Source: Trichoplax adhaerens (Eukaryota; Animalia; Placozoa). From it: 64,000 nucleotides of DNA. A program made the translations under genes and the position numbers. The notes under the pieces are model-generated. The model did not search any database, was not told where the DNA came from, and saw only the letters and a program-made list of their open reading frames with translations. Shown piece after piece: positions 27,637-41,445 of this stretch (position 1 is its first letter; the number at the start of each line of letters is the position of its first letter). Where the stretch lies: assembly GCF_000150275.1 (NCBI RefSeq), contig NW_002060970.1, forward strand, positions 332,197-396,196, read 5' to 3'.

Positions 27637-28568
27637 ACAATGTTCTCGAAATGATATCAATAAATTAGTGTAGAAGATTTACAATGACCCGGCAATCATC
27701 TTCTTGTGAATAGTGTAGTGTTAAACGACCAAGCATGTAGGGTAGTATATTTAGACACCCTAGGTACAACGTTGTGGTTCGGATTGAGGTAGCGAAAATG
27801 TAGAATGGATACTTCTTAATTGCACCGGGTAATTGTTATGAAAGCTATCAATGTTTTTTTATAAACGAATGTAGTGTTGCAGTACTACTTATTCAAACAT
27901 TGGGGTTGGTACTGATGGTACTTTACTATCATAGTTATTAGTGATATGCATGAAGCTGTACGCATTGAATGCAAAACTCTGGTATAAAATATTAAAGTAT
28001 CCTAGACTGCATGAATCGTATAATTCTGCTCATTAATCCATAAGCGTATGAAAAACTGTGAATCAATTGAGTAAGGACATGATGCTTGTCAATTATATTA
28101 TAGAAAGAGGAATACTGTAGTGATATTGATGTCTTTAGGTTAATTTTAAATTATACCCAGACGCAGCACTCTTTCAATCAAAAGTGTATCGAGTTACTTA
28201 GAGAACTGCCGATATACCGTACTGTAAATGCCTATTGCAAAAGAACAATCCCAGGAATAAATACAGTGCAATTGGAACTTTCATTTTACTGTAGTTGTTA
28301 TGAATGAAACAGCAATAAATTGTAGCTTCTATTCCAAATCACTCTTAATCGATAAATACAAAATAATTTAACGTAATTAAACAGTTAAATCATAAAAATA
28401 CCAGGATATGATTCATTAGCGTGTAAAAGTACTACAGCAGGTAAAAAATTATGTTAATATAAACTAACATTTCATACAAAGCAAGATATAATTCGTCAGA
28501 GTAAAGAAATACTACAGCTTGTAAATAACGGACAAGTACAGCCTATCGTTTCTTTTCATACACCGGCA

Positions 28569-31500
28569 TCATTGAGAATTATCAAATAGACTATTATATT
28601 CGGCAATTTCTTCATCACTAAATCGGCACTGTAGGAACAATAATAAAGGTTGTTTCAATTACATTGCAATCAGAATTCTGAATGAAACGACAATACGCTT
28701 ATATCCTGTAGAAATGCATATATGTCGTAAAAAGCAATATGCTTGCTAATTTCCTAATAATCAAATTCCCATCAGTCCACTTACCATTTCCATAAAGGCA
28801 TTATTAGAACAGTTGACTAATAATCTTAAATCTTCGTTAATTAAAATTTGCGGCTGCAATGATAAATTATCCAATTTCTTAAGCACTTACATTGTAATCA
28901 TATTAAGATACTAACAGCAGTCGACACAGTGCCTTAGGACAGAAATATACTTTGTAATGAAAAGAAATAGAATTCGACTTACATTCCTAGCTCGCAGAAA
29001 TTCGACTCTAATTTTAACTCTACGATGAGCCGTTGATAAAATTCTGTAAAGTGGTCGTGAGTAGTATGGGATTAGTATCGAGTTGAAGTTTGAGTACGCA
29101 GATATAATATAAAATAATACTTTGGTGATTTCAAAATGTCCGTTATTGTAATATCGTTATAACCTAGTAAACAGCTAAAATGATACCAGTTAAATAAGAA
29201 TAAATATTGTATTACATCCCTTTTGCATAGACAGAATATAGTTTTACCTCAGAATAGGTTTTAAATTCTCTTCAATGGGGAGACTTAAGGTTTTCGATCT
29301 GTACAATTTTGTATACAAAGTTGCTATGGATTATAGCGAAAGATAGAGAGTTACAAAAGCCTTTAGTAATGAAAGTTGATCTAAACATAGATTACTTCCA
29401 AGGGAATGCGAATATTCAGATAATATAACTTACATATATTTTCTAGCGTAAAACCAAAAGATTGAAGAAAGTTCACTCTAGGCCGCGTATCAGATTCGTG
29501 TAACAAGAACTCGGGCATTTTAGCAATCTACATATACAATGAATATAATACGGGTAAAAATTCTGATCCATATAAAGAAAGATTATATATTAGCTAATAT
29601 GAGGCACAATTTACCATTAAATAAACCAAATTTTCATCACGTCGATGACTGATAAGTTCAACCAATCGTAGGTACTGATCTTCAATAAAATCCTATAGAG
29701 TATATATATACGTATATCCGATCAGAAAATCAATGGTAGCAAATATTAATTATATCTATTTATGATTAATTATTGTCGCTTCTGGTGTTGGCGAATTTGC
29801 ACTAAAGTTTGTAGTAGAATAGCAATACTTACTAAATCGAGATTTGATAAGACTAATCCGTGATTCTCAAATAAATTTTTTACATCTTTATTTTTAAAAT
29901 ACAACGGTTTTGAAGTAAACTTCAGGTAAATGGCATTTATTCTGTCATCTGGATAGTGAAAGCAAATGTACAGTTAGAAGCATGTCGGTGATATGGGCAA
30001 ATAAATGAATGCCGTCACTTTGCTTAGTCTATTTCTATCATTTCATCTAACTGGTAGTGGACTTTTCAAAACTAGCACTTTACAGAAATGGTTACAATAT
30101 ACGAGTATTTATGGCAAAATTGTTTAGCTGGCTAGATATCATTTTAAGTCTGGGTCACTATTATCAACTGCAGATTTATATGCTGATATACGCATGTAAT
30201 ATACGGTACTTGAAAGAAGTAAACTTACATGATAAATTGAAGACGGCAGGCGCAGTATTTAGCACTGCCTCCGGCATAACATTTATTTCGTAGAAAAAAC
30301 GGACAATTTTCTTAACGTTATCGGGATTTGTTTCAGACGTTGGAAAGTGATTGAGAATTGATTCACTACCACCATTCATCATTTCTTTTAATATCCAAGT
30401 TGATTTTAAATCATAATGCTGAATAATAATATTGATATCCGATATTTAAGTTACACTTTATTAAAATGGTGCAATTATTTGATATTTCCCTATCACACAT
30501 GGTATATACTTACAGCAAATTTAGATAACAGTGCTGACGTAAAGTTATCTATGGATAAAGCAAGTATGGTTGGATTTTTGGTTATAATTTCTCCAACTTG
30601 CAGATCAAATGATTGGCATTAGTGTATTTTATCGTTTAAAAAGGAATAGAGGAAATTTGTATCACATGCAGCACGTTAGTAACATGTAGTTTCAGCAGTA
30701 AGAAATGACTGAGGTAAGCACAGTTTGTAAGTTATCTGTACATTACTATGCTTTGAAAGTACAGCTATCCTAAATCCACTTACCCAATAAATTTAATTGT
30801 ACTGGATCGAAATGTTGATCTGAGATCGTACTACGTAATTTGTCAATCTTGGCTTCACACTGGAAAAAAAGAAACACACTATGTTAGCCGACAGCAATCG
30901 ACTACATCTAAATTACAACCTTGCTTCTATTTACAGTTTTCACAGACAGCTTGCAAAATGTTGAGCACTCGATAGGATAGAAAGGTGATGTAACTAACAA
31001 TACTGCATAGAGGTATCTTCGCTACAACAACATTTATCTTCACATTCCGTAAAACACAATAGCCTCCAGTTGGGTTACCATTGGGCTGAGATTCAGCAAT
31101 GGACAGCATAAGAAAATTATAAGCAATTGATAGAATAGGACAACGATGTAACTAAAACTACTGTCTGGCTAATTAGCCAGTATACGCGTAGTAGTGTGAC
31201 TGATTAACAACAACATCAAACTGGGAGGTTTATTGTGCAATGCTCGTCGTTATTCATTCTTGCTATGATTCAAAATTGGTCAATTCTAATTCTAATAGTG
31301 GAACTGGATTTAGCAGCAGCAGCAGCACTGACCTGTTTAACGTCTAAACCCAATATAACTGGGTGCTGCGCTACAATGGTCTTAATATTGCAGTCATACT
31401 TTGATAGAAAACGAATCATGTCCATGGCTTGATCATTGAATGCAAAAAGTGGTGAATATAAACAGGCAATTTGGCTAGCGTCTTCTTGACTCAACTGACA

Positions 31501-31791
31501 TGCTTGCATAATATTGGCCGTCCGATTACGGATGACCTCAGCAAGAAATCTTTGAGGACTACTATACTTTTCCTTACTTTTACGAATACCCAGTGATTGG
31601 GATAAATTGATATGATCGTATTCCTTATTGGCTAAAGCATGATCATTGGAATAATGGGTAAAAAATGTCGACAGTGCTTTGAATTGATATGATGATGGCT
31701 TGCCATCGATAGAGTATTGCCTTTGCATTCGGCTCATTAGCCCATACCATCTCCGGTTTAAAATGTTCATGACGCCTTTCCTACAAGTCAT
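28569..31791 (-). CDS. mTERF-family protein (probable mitochondrial transcription termination factor-like), multi-exon
   Basis: First coding exon 31791-31333, then small GT-AG exons down to TGA at 28569-28571. mTERF-like repeats: IKTIVAQHPVILGLD, VGEIITKNPTILALS, IAKMPEFLLHESDTRPRVNFLQSFGFT, LSLPIEENLKPIL, RVEFLRAR. Basic N-terminus compatible with a mitochondrial presequence. One small internal exon near 29.1 kb was not resolved. Confidence 0.75.
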
Positions 31792-32063
31792 CAAGAAGTT
31801 ACAATCTGTATGCTTTCAATAGATACGATAAGATTAACGTTGGAATGGGTAGCTTGATTTATGACATGATGAACTGGATGGCTCTACGCCAGATTAGTCC
31901 AAAAGCTGCTGGCTTGCACTGGCCAACTTGGGTCCATGTGGAGATTCTGATGGTATCAGCGTATCAAAGTGTGCCTTTGCCTATATAGATCTAGAAGAAT
32001 GATTAAAGGGTAGGTCGACGAACGCCAATGGTGCGCATGGCCGTGGAGCAATTTTCAAGTCCT

Positions 32064-32433
32064 GCAGTACTATACACTGTACAGTATAGGCTTTCAGCAT
32101 GCCAGTGACGTCACTGGCAGCATGGTGAAGAACAATTCGGTCATGCGTACTAAGGTAAAGGGAAGAAACTACAGTACTGTACAGTGTACAGTAGTGTATG
32201 TACTGTACCGCATTACAGTGATTTGTACTGTACAGTATAGTGAAACGTCTCAAACATGTGAGACGTTTCTAAACATTTACAGTAGTCAAAATGGAAAATG
32301 TCGACAGTACAGTACTGTACTGTACTGGAAATGTTGAGAATCTACAGTACAAATCACTCTAGTGCGGCACTGTACAGTGTACAGTACAGTACAATTCAAA
32401 CTTCAAAAAGTGCTTTGTACTGTGCACTGTACA
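32064..32433. promoter_or_regulatory. ACAGT/ACTGT-rich array upstream of the mTERF gene, with a CRE-centred palindrome
   Basis: Runs such as ACTACAGTACTGTACAGTGTACAGT and ACAGTACAGTACTGTACTGTAC. TGCCAGTGACGTCACTGGCA at 32100-32119. Confidence 0.6.
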
Positions 32434-32791
32434 CACCCTCGCGGACAGACGGACGTAGAAAGATTGCTACGGATGGATTGATTATCCCACAAAAATGGTT
32501 CATTTTAGGTATCGTGATAGCAAAATCGCTAGCAAGATCAATAGTGCAAATGCAAGAGATGATAAAATGAACTGCTTCATAGACTACTAGAAGAACAAGT
32601 TCTATTTCTAGAAGTCCATGCCTGTTTCTATCGAGCAAAATGGATGATACTACAAGTCTACCATCAATCGTTACAGTCAATACTTGTACAAGTCGAACCA
32701 GTCAATCTTTGCTTACGCTATACGGTACACATAAACGGTCTCTAGTGTACGGTATAAGGGTACAATAATATCGCGGTAAACGCGGGGGATA

Positions 32792-33404
32792 TTGCACATA
32801 ACACGATGGAAAAGATGACGATGAAGCTTATTTTCCACAAAAGTACATCCACTCAGGATAGTGGATGAAGTAGAGTTGAAAAAGTAATCAACGACTTAAG
32901 TAACTCAAGCTATGGTTTTGTCTTTTCTTGGACGCACATCGACAGTTTGAGATTTCGGTGATATGCATGATATTGAAAGTTGATAATATTGAGGGTTGCA
33001 CATTACACCATGGAAAAGATGATGATGAAGCTTATTTTCCACAAAAGTACATCTACTCAGGATAGTGGATGAAGTAGAGTTGAAAAAGTAATCAACGACT
33101 TAAGTAACTCAAGCTATGGTTTTGTCTTTTCTTGGACGCACATCGACAGTTTGAGATTTCGGTGATATGCATGATATTGAAAGTTGATAATATCGAGGGT
33201 TGCACATTACACCATGGAAAAGATGATGATGAAGCTTATTTTCCACAAAAGTACATCTACTCAGGATAGTGGATGAAGTGGAGTTGAAAAAGTAATCAAC
33301 TACTTAAGCATCTCAAGCTATGGTTTTTTCTTTTCTTGGACGCCCTTCGACAATATGAGATATCGGTGCATATGCATGATATTGAAAGTTGATAATATCG
33401 AGGG
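32792..33404. repeat. 204 bp tandem repeat, 3 copies
   Basis: GCACAT.ACAC.ATGGAAAAGATGA starts at 32794, 32998 and 33202. Copies 1 and 2 are almost identical; copy 3 is more diverged. Confidence 0.96.
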
Positions 33405-34527
33405 AATAAAATCCTTGGGTATTCGAGTTGGACATGATTGCCAATTATGGATGGACCAATTTGATTGGACTTCTAGAAAAATACAGTACAGTGCCTACAG
33501 TCCATGGCTCAAAGTGATGATTCCCTTTCAAGTAAAGCATTTTTACGCTCGACTTATTTCTCCACGATAATTTGCTGCCGTATTAGTACTGAATGCTAAT
33601 CTAAATGGCGTAAGAATGCCAAGATCTTAACAGAGGGTAACATTGGGTAGATCAACAAGTAGGAGCGTATCATGACAATAGTGATGGATAAATACTGATT
33701 GATAAACCCTAAGCTTTTATTTTAGCTTATGGATAACAATCTTGAACCTGGAAACCACAAGTCTTGATATTGCTTACTATAAAAGCCAACTGGCACATTA
33801 CTGCACCAGAACAGTGGTGGAAATTAATTTACACGCTCATAGTCCATTCATAGTCTATGGAGCTGACGATGGGGCACCAGCTGTCATGAGCTCTTTCAAC
33901 ACTTTTCATCTTGTAGACATGAATTACAAGGTATCATCCATCATTCAACATTCATACAATCTGATTTTAAAATGTTGCAAAATCTATCCGCCCACTGCTG
34001 ACAACATTGATTGATTGCCACCATATGATGCAATCAAAAAGGAGGAGGAGATGAAATGCCAATGGGGTCTAGTTACCCATTCCATAGCAATCAGCGGCCA
34101 GGTTGATGTGGGATATCGAGGCACAAAAGTTATACTGTGCATCGCCAGTTGCAGTCTAATTGTGGCAGTGCTAGCTTCTAATCGTAAACACATGTTTCAT
34201 CGGCAGCCGACGTAGTAATCAGCAAAACTTCATCATAGCGCGCCAACAGGACTGAGGATGAAAGAATTATAAGATCGAAAATCCTTTCCAAACATCAGTA
34301 TTGTGCCTATACGAATCAGTAGAAGATACAAGTACTAGGCTTGCAATTGATACAAGGCAGACGAAAGACGGTATAAAGTAGTGCAGCTTGTATCGAGAGC
34401 TCGATTAAACGAACATTAAGGAAGAGTTAAACCCCCCCAAAATTACTATTGCAATATTGGTTAAAATTCAATCATAAGATTGGCATTCACCCTGTGAAAC
34501 TGCCAACGAGTACAGCAGCTAGCAAAA

Positions 34528-37500
34528 ATGGTAAGATTTTATACTATAGGTATTAAAAAATACAATTGATATCGACCTACCCATCCAGATCTTTGAATAC
34601 TGCTATACCGCCGTTAATTCCACATTCAAACTAGTAGTTCTTGCTATCGCCATACTAACGCTACTGGATATTAAAGAAGATCAATGGATGCTAAATCGTT
34701 ATTAAATGACGCCAGGTTGCAGACTTTTCATGGATACCATCTCCAACTACCCGTCCAAGGACTAATCGATGAAACCAATGGCATGCAATGGTGTCACAGT
34801 CAAGAAATAATTCTGTAGATATTCAATTTCTCCACCTTCACTCGTCCAACTCGATGATATCAATTTACATTGCATGGCTAATCGACGTAGTTCTCAAAAT
34901 TAATCTACCTTATCGCGCTTAAAATCGGTCATCTTCTACAAGTAGTCAGTGTACAATCATCTTTGTATGAGTTCCAATGATTTGCAATATGATAGCGGTC
35001 TTCCATATCCACTTGTCATCGCGCACAGGTCTTGTGATACAAATACCCAACACATCTAGCATTTTCTATCCGCAATACTATCAATTGAATTTAGAAGGCG
35101 CCGTCCTCTATTGTTAATAACTCAGCCTGTGATGCCCCGAAACATTTCATGAAATAGAAATCACATTATAGTGTATAATAGCCAAATAATATATTTTGTA
35201 ACCTTGTTATTTACCGTATTGCCCCAATCCCATTTCCGTTCTTTGCCACTGGGCATAGAGCGCGACACTTCTATTTCCCCGTGATCCATTTCCAAGTAGG
35301 ATAGCAATTCTATTAGTATATGCGTTTGCCCTTACCTGTAATGCATACCTAATAAATTACACGATGCTTAATTAAAATATCTCACAATTACAATACGATA
35401 TGACATTTAATTTGAATACTATACTTAATCAATAGACAAGGATAGTTGTGTCTAATCTTTAAAATTGGGTAATGTTAAATTGGATAGCTGTTCGGTTGTG
35501 CGCTCGTATACTTTGTTTAGATAAAACAACGATTATTTTTCATCTTAACAAAATGCTGTAGTATTCAACTTGATAACTTAAATAATAAATTAGTGTGATT
35601 TTGACTTAATTAAATGGATAAATAATTTTTAACATGATCGGTACGTCTTTTCTTGTGGTTTATAGCGCGAGATTGTCTCCATTCATATTGGTCAAGCTGG
35701 TGTACAAATTGGTAATGCTTGTTGGGAATTGTATTGCTTAGAACATGGAATTCTACCTAATGGTCAGCGCTGTGAGGGAACGACCAATAAACAGCACAAA
35801 CACTGGTTTTCGGGTGAATCCTTTAGCACATTCTTTAACGAAACGGGTCGAGGACGGTATGTCCCTAGGGCGGTTTTTGTTGATCTGGAACCAACTGTTA
35901 TAGGTAAGAATTTTTCCAATGCACAAACCAGATAGAATGAATCATATACTGTGGCTTTAGTTACATCATGAAACTGTTGTCTACAAGTGACATATTCCGT
36001 AAACAGGGATGGGTGTTCAATCATTTAGTGTGCACATACATAAAATTGATTAATAACCACGGAAGTTCCTAACTCTTTCTTTCGGCTACTGTATCGTGAT
36101 GTTGCTAACTTTTGACTGTCATACTAAATGTTAAATGAATCACTTACGGTACAGACTATTGCGTTGTGTTTTGCTCGTAACACAAATGGAATGATTGATC
36201 TTCATGCATTAATTACAGATGAAATCCGAACTGGTCCTTACAAACAGTTGTTTCATCCCGATCAAATGTTAACCGGAAAAGAAGATGCTGCTAACAATTA
36301 TGCACGAGGCCATTACACAATTGGAGGTGAAATTATCGACGTTTTTATGGATAGGATCCGCAAAGTGGTAATTTTTTGTCGCTACCATATTGGTGTAATT
36401 TATAGTATAATCAATGTGTAGTTTGATAGATTGGCTATGCATAAAAGTACTTTAGTCATGTTAGCGTTTGTTTGTAATTGCAATAACTATTAATGCAAAA
36501 TGATGTACTGTACGACTAGTAAAAATTATTATCCGCAATAGCCTTACGCTGATAGAAAATTTTATGAGTAATTCGAAATTGAATCGATTTTCGCTTTGAA
36601 TCCTCGACTAATTAGCGGTTGAGTTACTAATTACAATTTATCCCAATTAATTTCAAATTTATAGTGTGATCAATGTAGTGCATTACAAGGCTTCGTATTA
36701 TTCAACTCCTTAAGTGGTGGGACTGGCTCAGGTTTATCTAGCCTTATTCTTGAAAGAATTACTGCTGATTATGGTAAATGTACTAAACTACAGTACGCTG
36801 TATCACCCTCGCCGCGTGTTTCTACGTCTGTTGTTGAACCCTATAACGCTGTCTTAACAACACATAGCTGCTTCGATAATTCTGATGTTGTTTTTCTCAT
36901 GGATAATGAAGCCATTTATGATATATGCATGAAGAAGTTAGATAAGGATCTTCCAACGTATACTAGTCTTAATCGACTAATATGCCAAATTATATCATCC
37001 ATGTCAGCATCGTTACGATTTGAAGGAGCACTAAATGTTGACTTGAAAGAATTTGAAACTAATTTAGTTCCCTATCCTCGAATCCACTTTCCACTTGTCT
37101 CCTATGCACCTATTATATCACCAGAAAGAGCCTATCATGAGAGATTAAGCATTCAGGAAATTACTGAGAGCTGTTTTCATACCAGTAATTTGATGGTAAA
37201 ATGTAATCCTCGCCTTGGAAAGTATATTGCTTGTTGCCTATTATATCGTGGCGACGTTGTTCCAAAGGACGTTAATGCTGCTATTGTTAATATGAAATCG
37301 AAAAAACATATTCAGTTTGTTGATTGGTGTCCAACTGGATTTAAAATTGGTATCAATTATCAACCTCCTACTACAGTTCCTGGAAGTGATTTGGCCCAAA
37401 TTTCCCGTGCCGTTTGTATGCTTTCTAACAATACTGCTATTGCTGAAGCTTGGTCGTGTCTTAATCATAAATTTGACCTTATGTTTGCTAAACGAGCGTT

Positions 37501-37642
37501 TGTTCACTGGTATGTTGGCGAAGGAATGGAAGAAGGAGAATTTACAGAAGCTCGAGAAGATTTGGCAGCACTAGAGAAAGACTATGAAGAAATCGGCATT
37601 GAAAGTGTCGATGAAGATTCACAATATGATCATGAATACTAG
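34528..37642 (+). CDS. TUBA: Alpha-tubulin, divergent isotype
   Basis: Exons: ATG-only 34528-34530 (ATG|GTAAG; an intron right after ATG is typical of animal alpha-tubulins), 35666-35903, 36219-36367, 36665-37642. Motifs [61 protein letters not shown]-terminal EY. Confidence 0.95.
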
Positions 37643-38775
37643 TTGATAACTACTTTTAATTTAAGTTATGTGGTCGTTGATCATCGATTATAATTATTCT
37701 AGTGCTGTAGCAATTAATGTTATGAACGATATCTCAATTCTATGCGTTGTAAGTTATATGTTCGGATATCATTCGTATTGATACAAAAGTTTCCCCCATA
37801 ATTAATTGGTTCTGATATTACAACTAAAACATCTTTTAAAATATATTTGATAGATATATTTTCTTGCCATTGTTTTATATAGTTCCACGTTTAATCTACC
37901 TATTGTGTAAAATGATCATTCTATAGTATGTTGTAGTACTCGTCTTTATTACTTAATTAAACCTGCTAACTGCGATATCCACGGGATATAGCAATCGATA
38001 TTTGTATTGTCGACAGATACTGCAGTCTTTCTTGAGTATATTCGTAGGTTCCATTTTACATGCTTTTGCACCCTAGATTTGTTTAAATCTACGATCATTA
38101 TACTACTGGCGTATCTTTGATGATATTTATCCTATAGACTTTTAAAGTTAGGGATACTTTTTGAAAGTTTAGATACTCGTATAGCATGAATGAAACAATT
38201 GAAATCAGAGCGGTTTAATGATGAGGCCATGCTAAAATAAACGATTGCATAACGTTACTTAGAGCGTCTTTTAACTATGCCGTAAATCGATTTAAATCCT
38301 GTTTACACGTACACAGGAAGATAGCTGCAATCGTATTAGTGATTGTTGCTAAGATAGTGTAAGTGTCTTCACCATTGCACTTTTTTCCACAACTCGCTTT
38401 GGTAAATAATTAGTCGATTAACTCTGGTTGATTTCACTAACTGATAGTAAGTACTAAAATAGGATATTGATGCAAGCAGCGATATTTACGTACGCTTTGA
38501 TTGATAAATAGAAATAAATCGCTTCTTTAAGGAAAAATTTTCAAAATTTATTTGCTCAATCGGAGTGTTTCAATTCAAATATATCTAGTAGTAAATAAAT
38601 TAAATTGATTGATGAGTATACCAATTTATCCGTTAGGATCTGCAAAAACTTTGATGTATTATATTAATCGATATTCTAAATGGTGATATAAGTGTACAGC
38701 ATATGCATATACCAATACTATATTCTAAATCATGGAGCTTTTGATATTTTATATCAGTACAACCAAACTCTTATT

Positions 38776-39800
38776 CTCTATACCTTTAGCAGCGCATGCA
38801 ACACTTTTCCATTACGTTTTATGTGTGGATGATCATGATAGGCAACGCTATAAACATATTCAGCATTGCTCCCATCAGAATTTTTCGATTTGTATCACTA
38901 TGTACAAACAAACTCTTAGTTTCTAATCTCTATACCTCAAGCAGCGCATGCAACACTTTCCACTAGGTTTTATGTGTGGATGATCATGATAGGCAATACT
39001 TTAAACATATTCAGCATTGCTCCCATCAGAATTTTTCGATTTGTATCACTATGTACAAACAAACTCTTAGTTTCTAATCTCTATACCTCAAGCAGCGCAT
39101 GCAACACTTTCCACTAGATTTTATATGAGGATGATCGTGATAGGCAACACTATAAACATATCAAGAATTGCTCCCATTAGAATTTTTCGATTTGTATCAC
39201 TATGTACAAACAAACTCTTAGTTTCTAATCTCTATACCTCAAGCAGCGCGTGCAACACTTTCCACTAGGTTTTATGTGTGGATGATCATGATAGGCAATA
39301 CTTTAAACATATTCAGCATTGCTCCCTTCAGAATTTTTCGATTTGTATCACTATGTACAAACAAACTCTTAGTTTCTAATCTCTATACCTCAAGCAGCGC
39401 GTGCAACACTTTCCACTAGATTTTATATGAGGATGATCGTGATAGGCAACACTATAAACATATCAAGAATTGCTCCCTTCAGAATTTTTCGATTTGTATC
39501 ACTATGTACAAACAAACTCTTAGTTTCTAATCTCTATACCTCAAGCAGCGCATGCAACACTTTCCACTAGGTTTTATGTGTGGATGATCATGATAGGCAA
39601 TACTTTAAACATATTCAGCATTGCTCCCTTCAGAATTTTTCGATTTGTATCACTATGTACAAACAAACTCTTAGTCTCTATACTTCAAGCAGCGCATGCA
39701 ACACTTTCCACAAGATTTTATGTGTGGATGATCATGATAGGCAACACTATAAACATATCAAGAACTGCTCCCATCAGTATTTTTTGATCTGTATCACTAT
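38776..39800. repeat. 151 bp satellite-like tandem array, about 7 copies
   Basis: CTCTATAC unit starts at 38776, 38928, 39079, 39230, 39381, 39532 and 39676. Confidence 0.97.
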
Positions 39801-41445
39801 ATAGAAACTTTATACTGAAAAAAAAAAGATACAGCTGCAATTAGCATTCACTCTCTTCAAGTCTAACTAACTGTATTAAGTTAAAATTGTAATTTGCAAT
39901 CATTCAGCAATTAATTAAATTGATGAATTTGAACCATTTTCGCCTAATTTTAGATCACTACTATGTAGCGTAAATACTCGATACATGCATTATATACTGT
40001 TTCAGTTCGTAGTTAGTGCCTTGAGTCATGTGTCGAAAATCATCATATACACACAATACAATGCATTAGCATTGGATGACAATACCGTATGTTGTACTAT
40101 GCTCATTGGGTACCGTACAAACTACGTATGGCCAACAATTGGAATGTGTATGAAAATCGGCTGTAAACTGCCGCCAATAGCGTTCCTATGTAACGGACAT
40201 AGTATCCAAGCAGCAGCAGAAAATCATTGCCAACACCATCTAAAAAGGAGTTTCTAGCTGCTAGTTTGGACTTTCATCTGTTGTAACGAACGGAATTCAA
40301 CATAGTGGCCGCATAAATCTAAAGTAACCTTTACTGGACGGTTCAAGGAGTGCAAGAGGCAAGGAATAAGCTGAATTTGGATCGATTTGGACACCATTGC
40401 AAGCTATTCGTGAGCAGAAAAGGAGGATCGAGTTTGCATTGGAAATCAGCTAGTGGCGAGATATTCTTAGCAAAGTTGCTGACTAAAATCTGCACAGAGA
40501 GAGTTCCTACTAGATTGGTTAGTTAAAGAATCAAGAAAAAAAGTTAATATTGGATTGATGCAAACGTGTAAGTGAGGATTAACTTGAAAATGAGCATCAT
40601 AGTCCATCTTTAGTTTCATTCTTAGTTGTGATCATTGTGGAATGACCATTGTTGACTAGGTCAGCAAACCAAGCACAGTTTTAAAATAGATACAGTCGAT
40701 AGTTATTGAATCAGGGAATCGATTGATTTGAACCAGCTTATTTGTAGGTTAGAATTGAAGGAGACAAGTGACAACAAGTTCAATTAAATTTTCAGCAACT
40801 TCAACAGCAGAGGTTTTATGGATTAGCTAGATCAGTGGACATTGTGGGTTTCTTCAGGTTAGGTCTAGGTTAAAGGATTGAATTAATCTTCTGTGCTAGC
40901 CAAATCTCTAAAGATATATAAAAAAGAGTTATTAAATCAAGGAATAACTGAATCTAGATCAGTTTACTCGTAGGTTGGAGTTGAATTGAGGGAACTTGTA
41001 ACAATTTCAGTTTAGTTCCTCGCAGAGATTTTTTTGGATTGGCTAGGCTGGTAAATTAGAGTGAATTATTTCAAACTTGCGTAAGGAATAAATTGATCTG
41101 GGGTCAGCTTAATCCGTTTATTGGTGGGTTAACTTGGCTAAAGGGAACGTTAAACAATTTCGCTTTAGTTCTCAGTACTTTTTAACTGTAGAGATTTTGC
41201 TACATTGGTAAACAAAGTACATTTTGTTTGACTAAGTCAAGAACTGCGCAATAAATCTTCTCGTATTAATAGCTCAAGTCAAGTGATCGTATTTAGTATT
41301 TTACATGATTAGGGCAATGGTCAGCCCATCTGGCTGCGGGATAGGTTGTTAGCAAGCTACTCGTCTCTTGGAATGTAGAATTGTATGTTATGTCTACCTA
41401 CCTATTATTGCATTTGCTACCTACATATGTAATGCACATAGAATC

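Noticed and set aside
38776-39800. Regularly spaced repeats as a CRISPR array
   Set aside because: Whole units repeat with no unique spacers, the context is eukaryotic and there are no cas genes. The ORFs called here are repeat artefacts.
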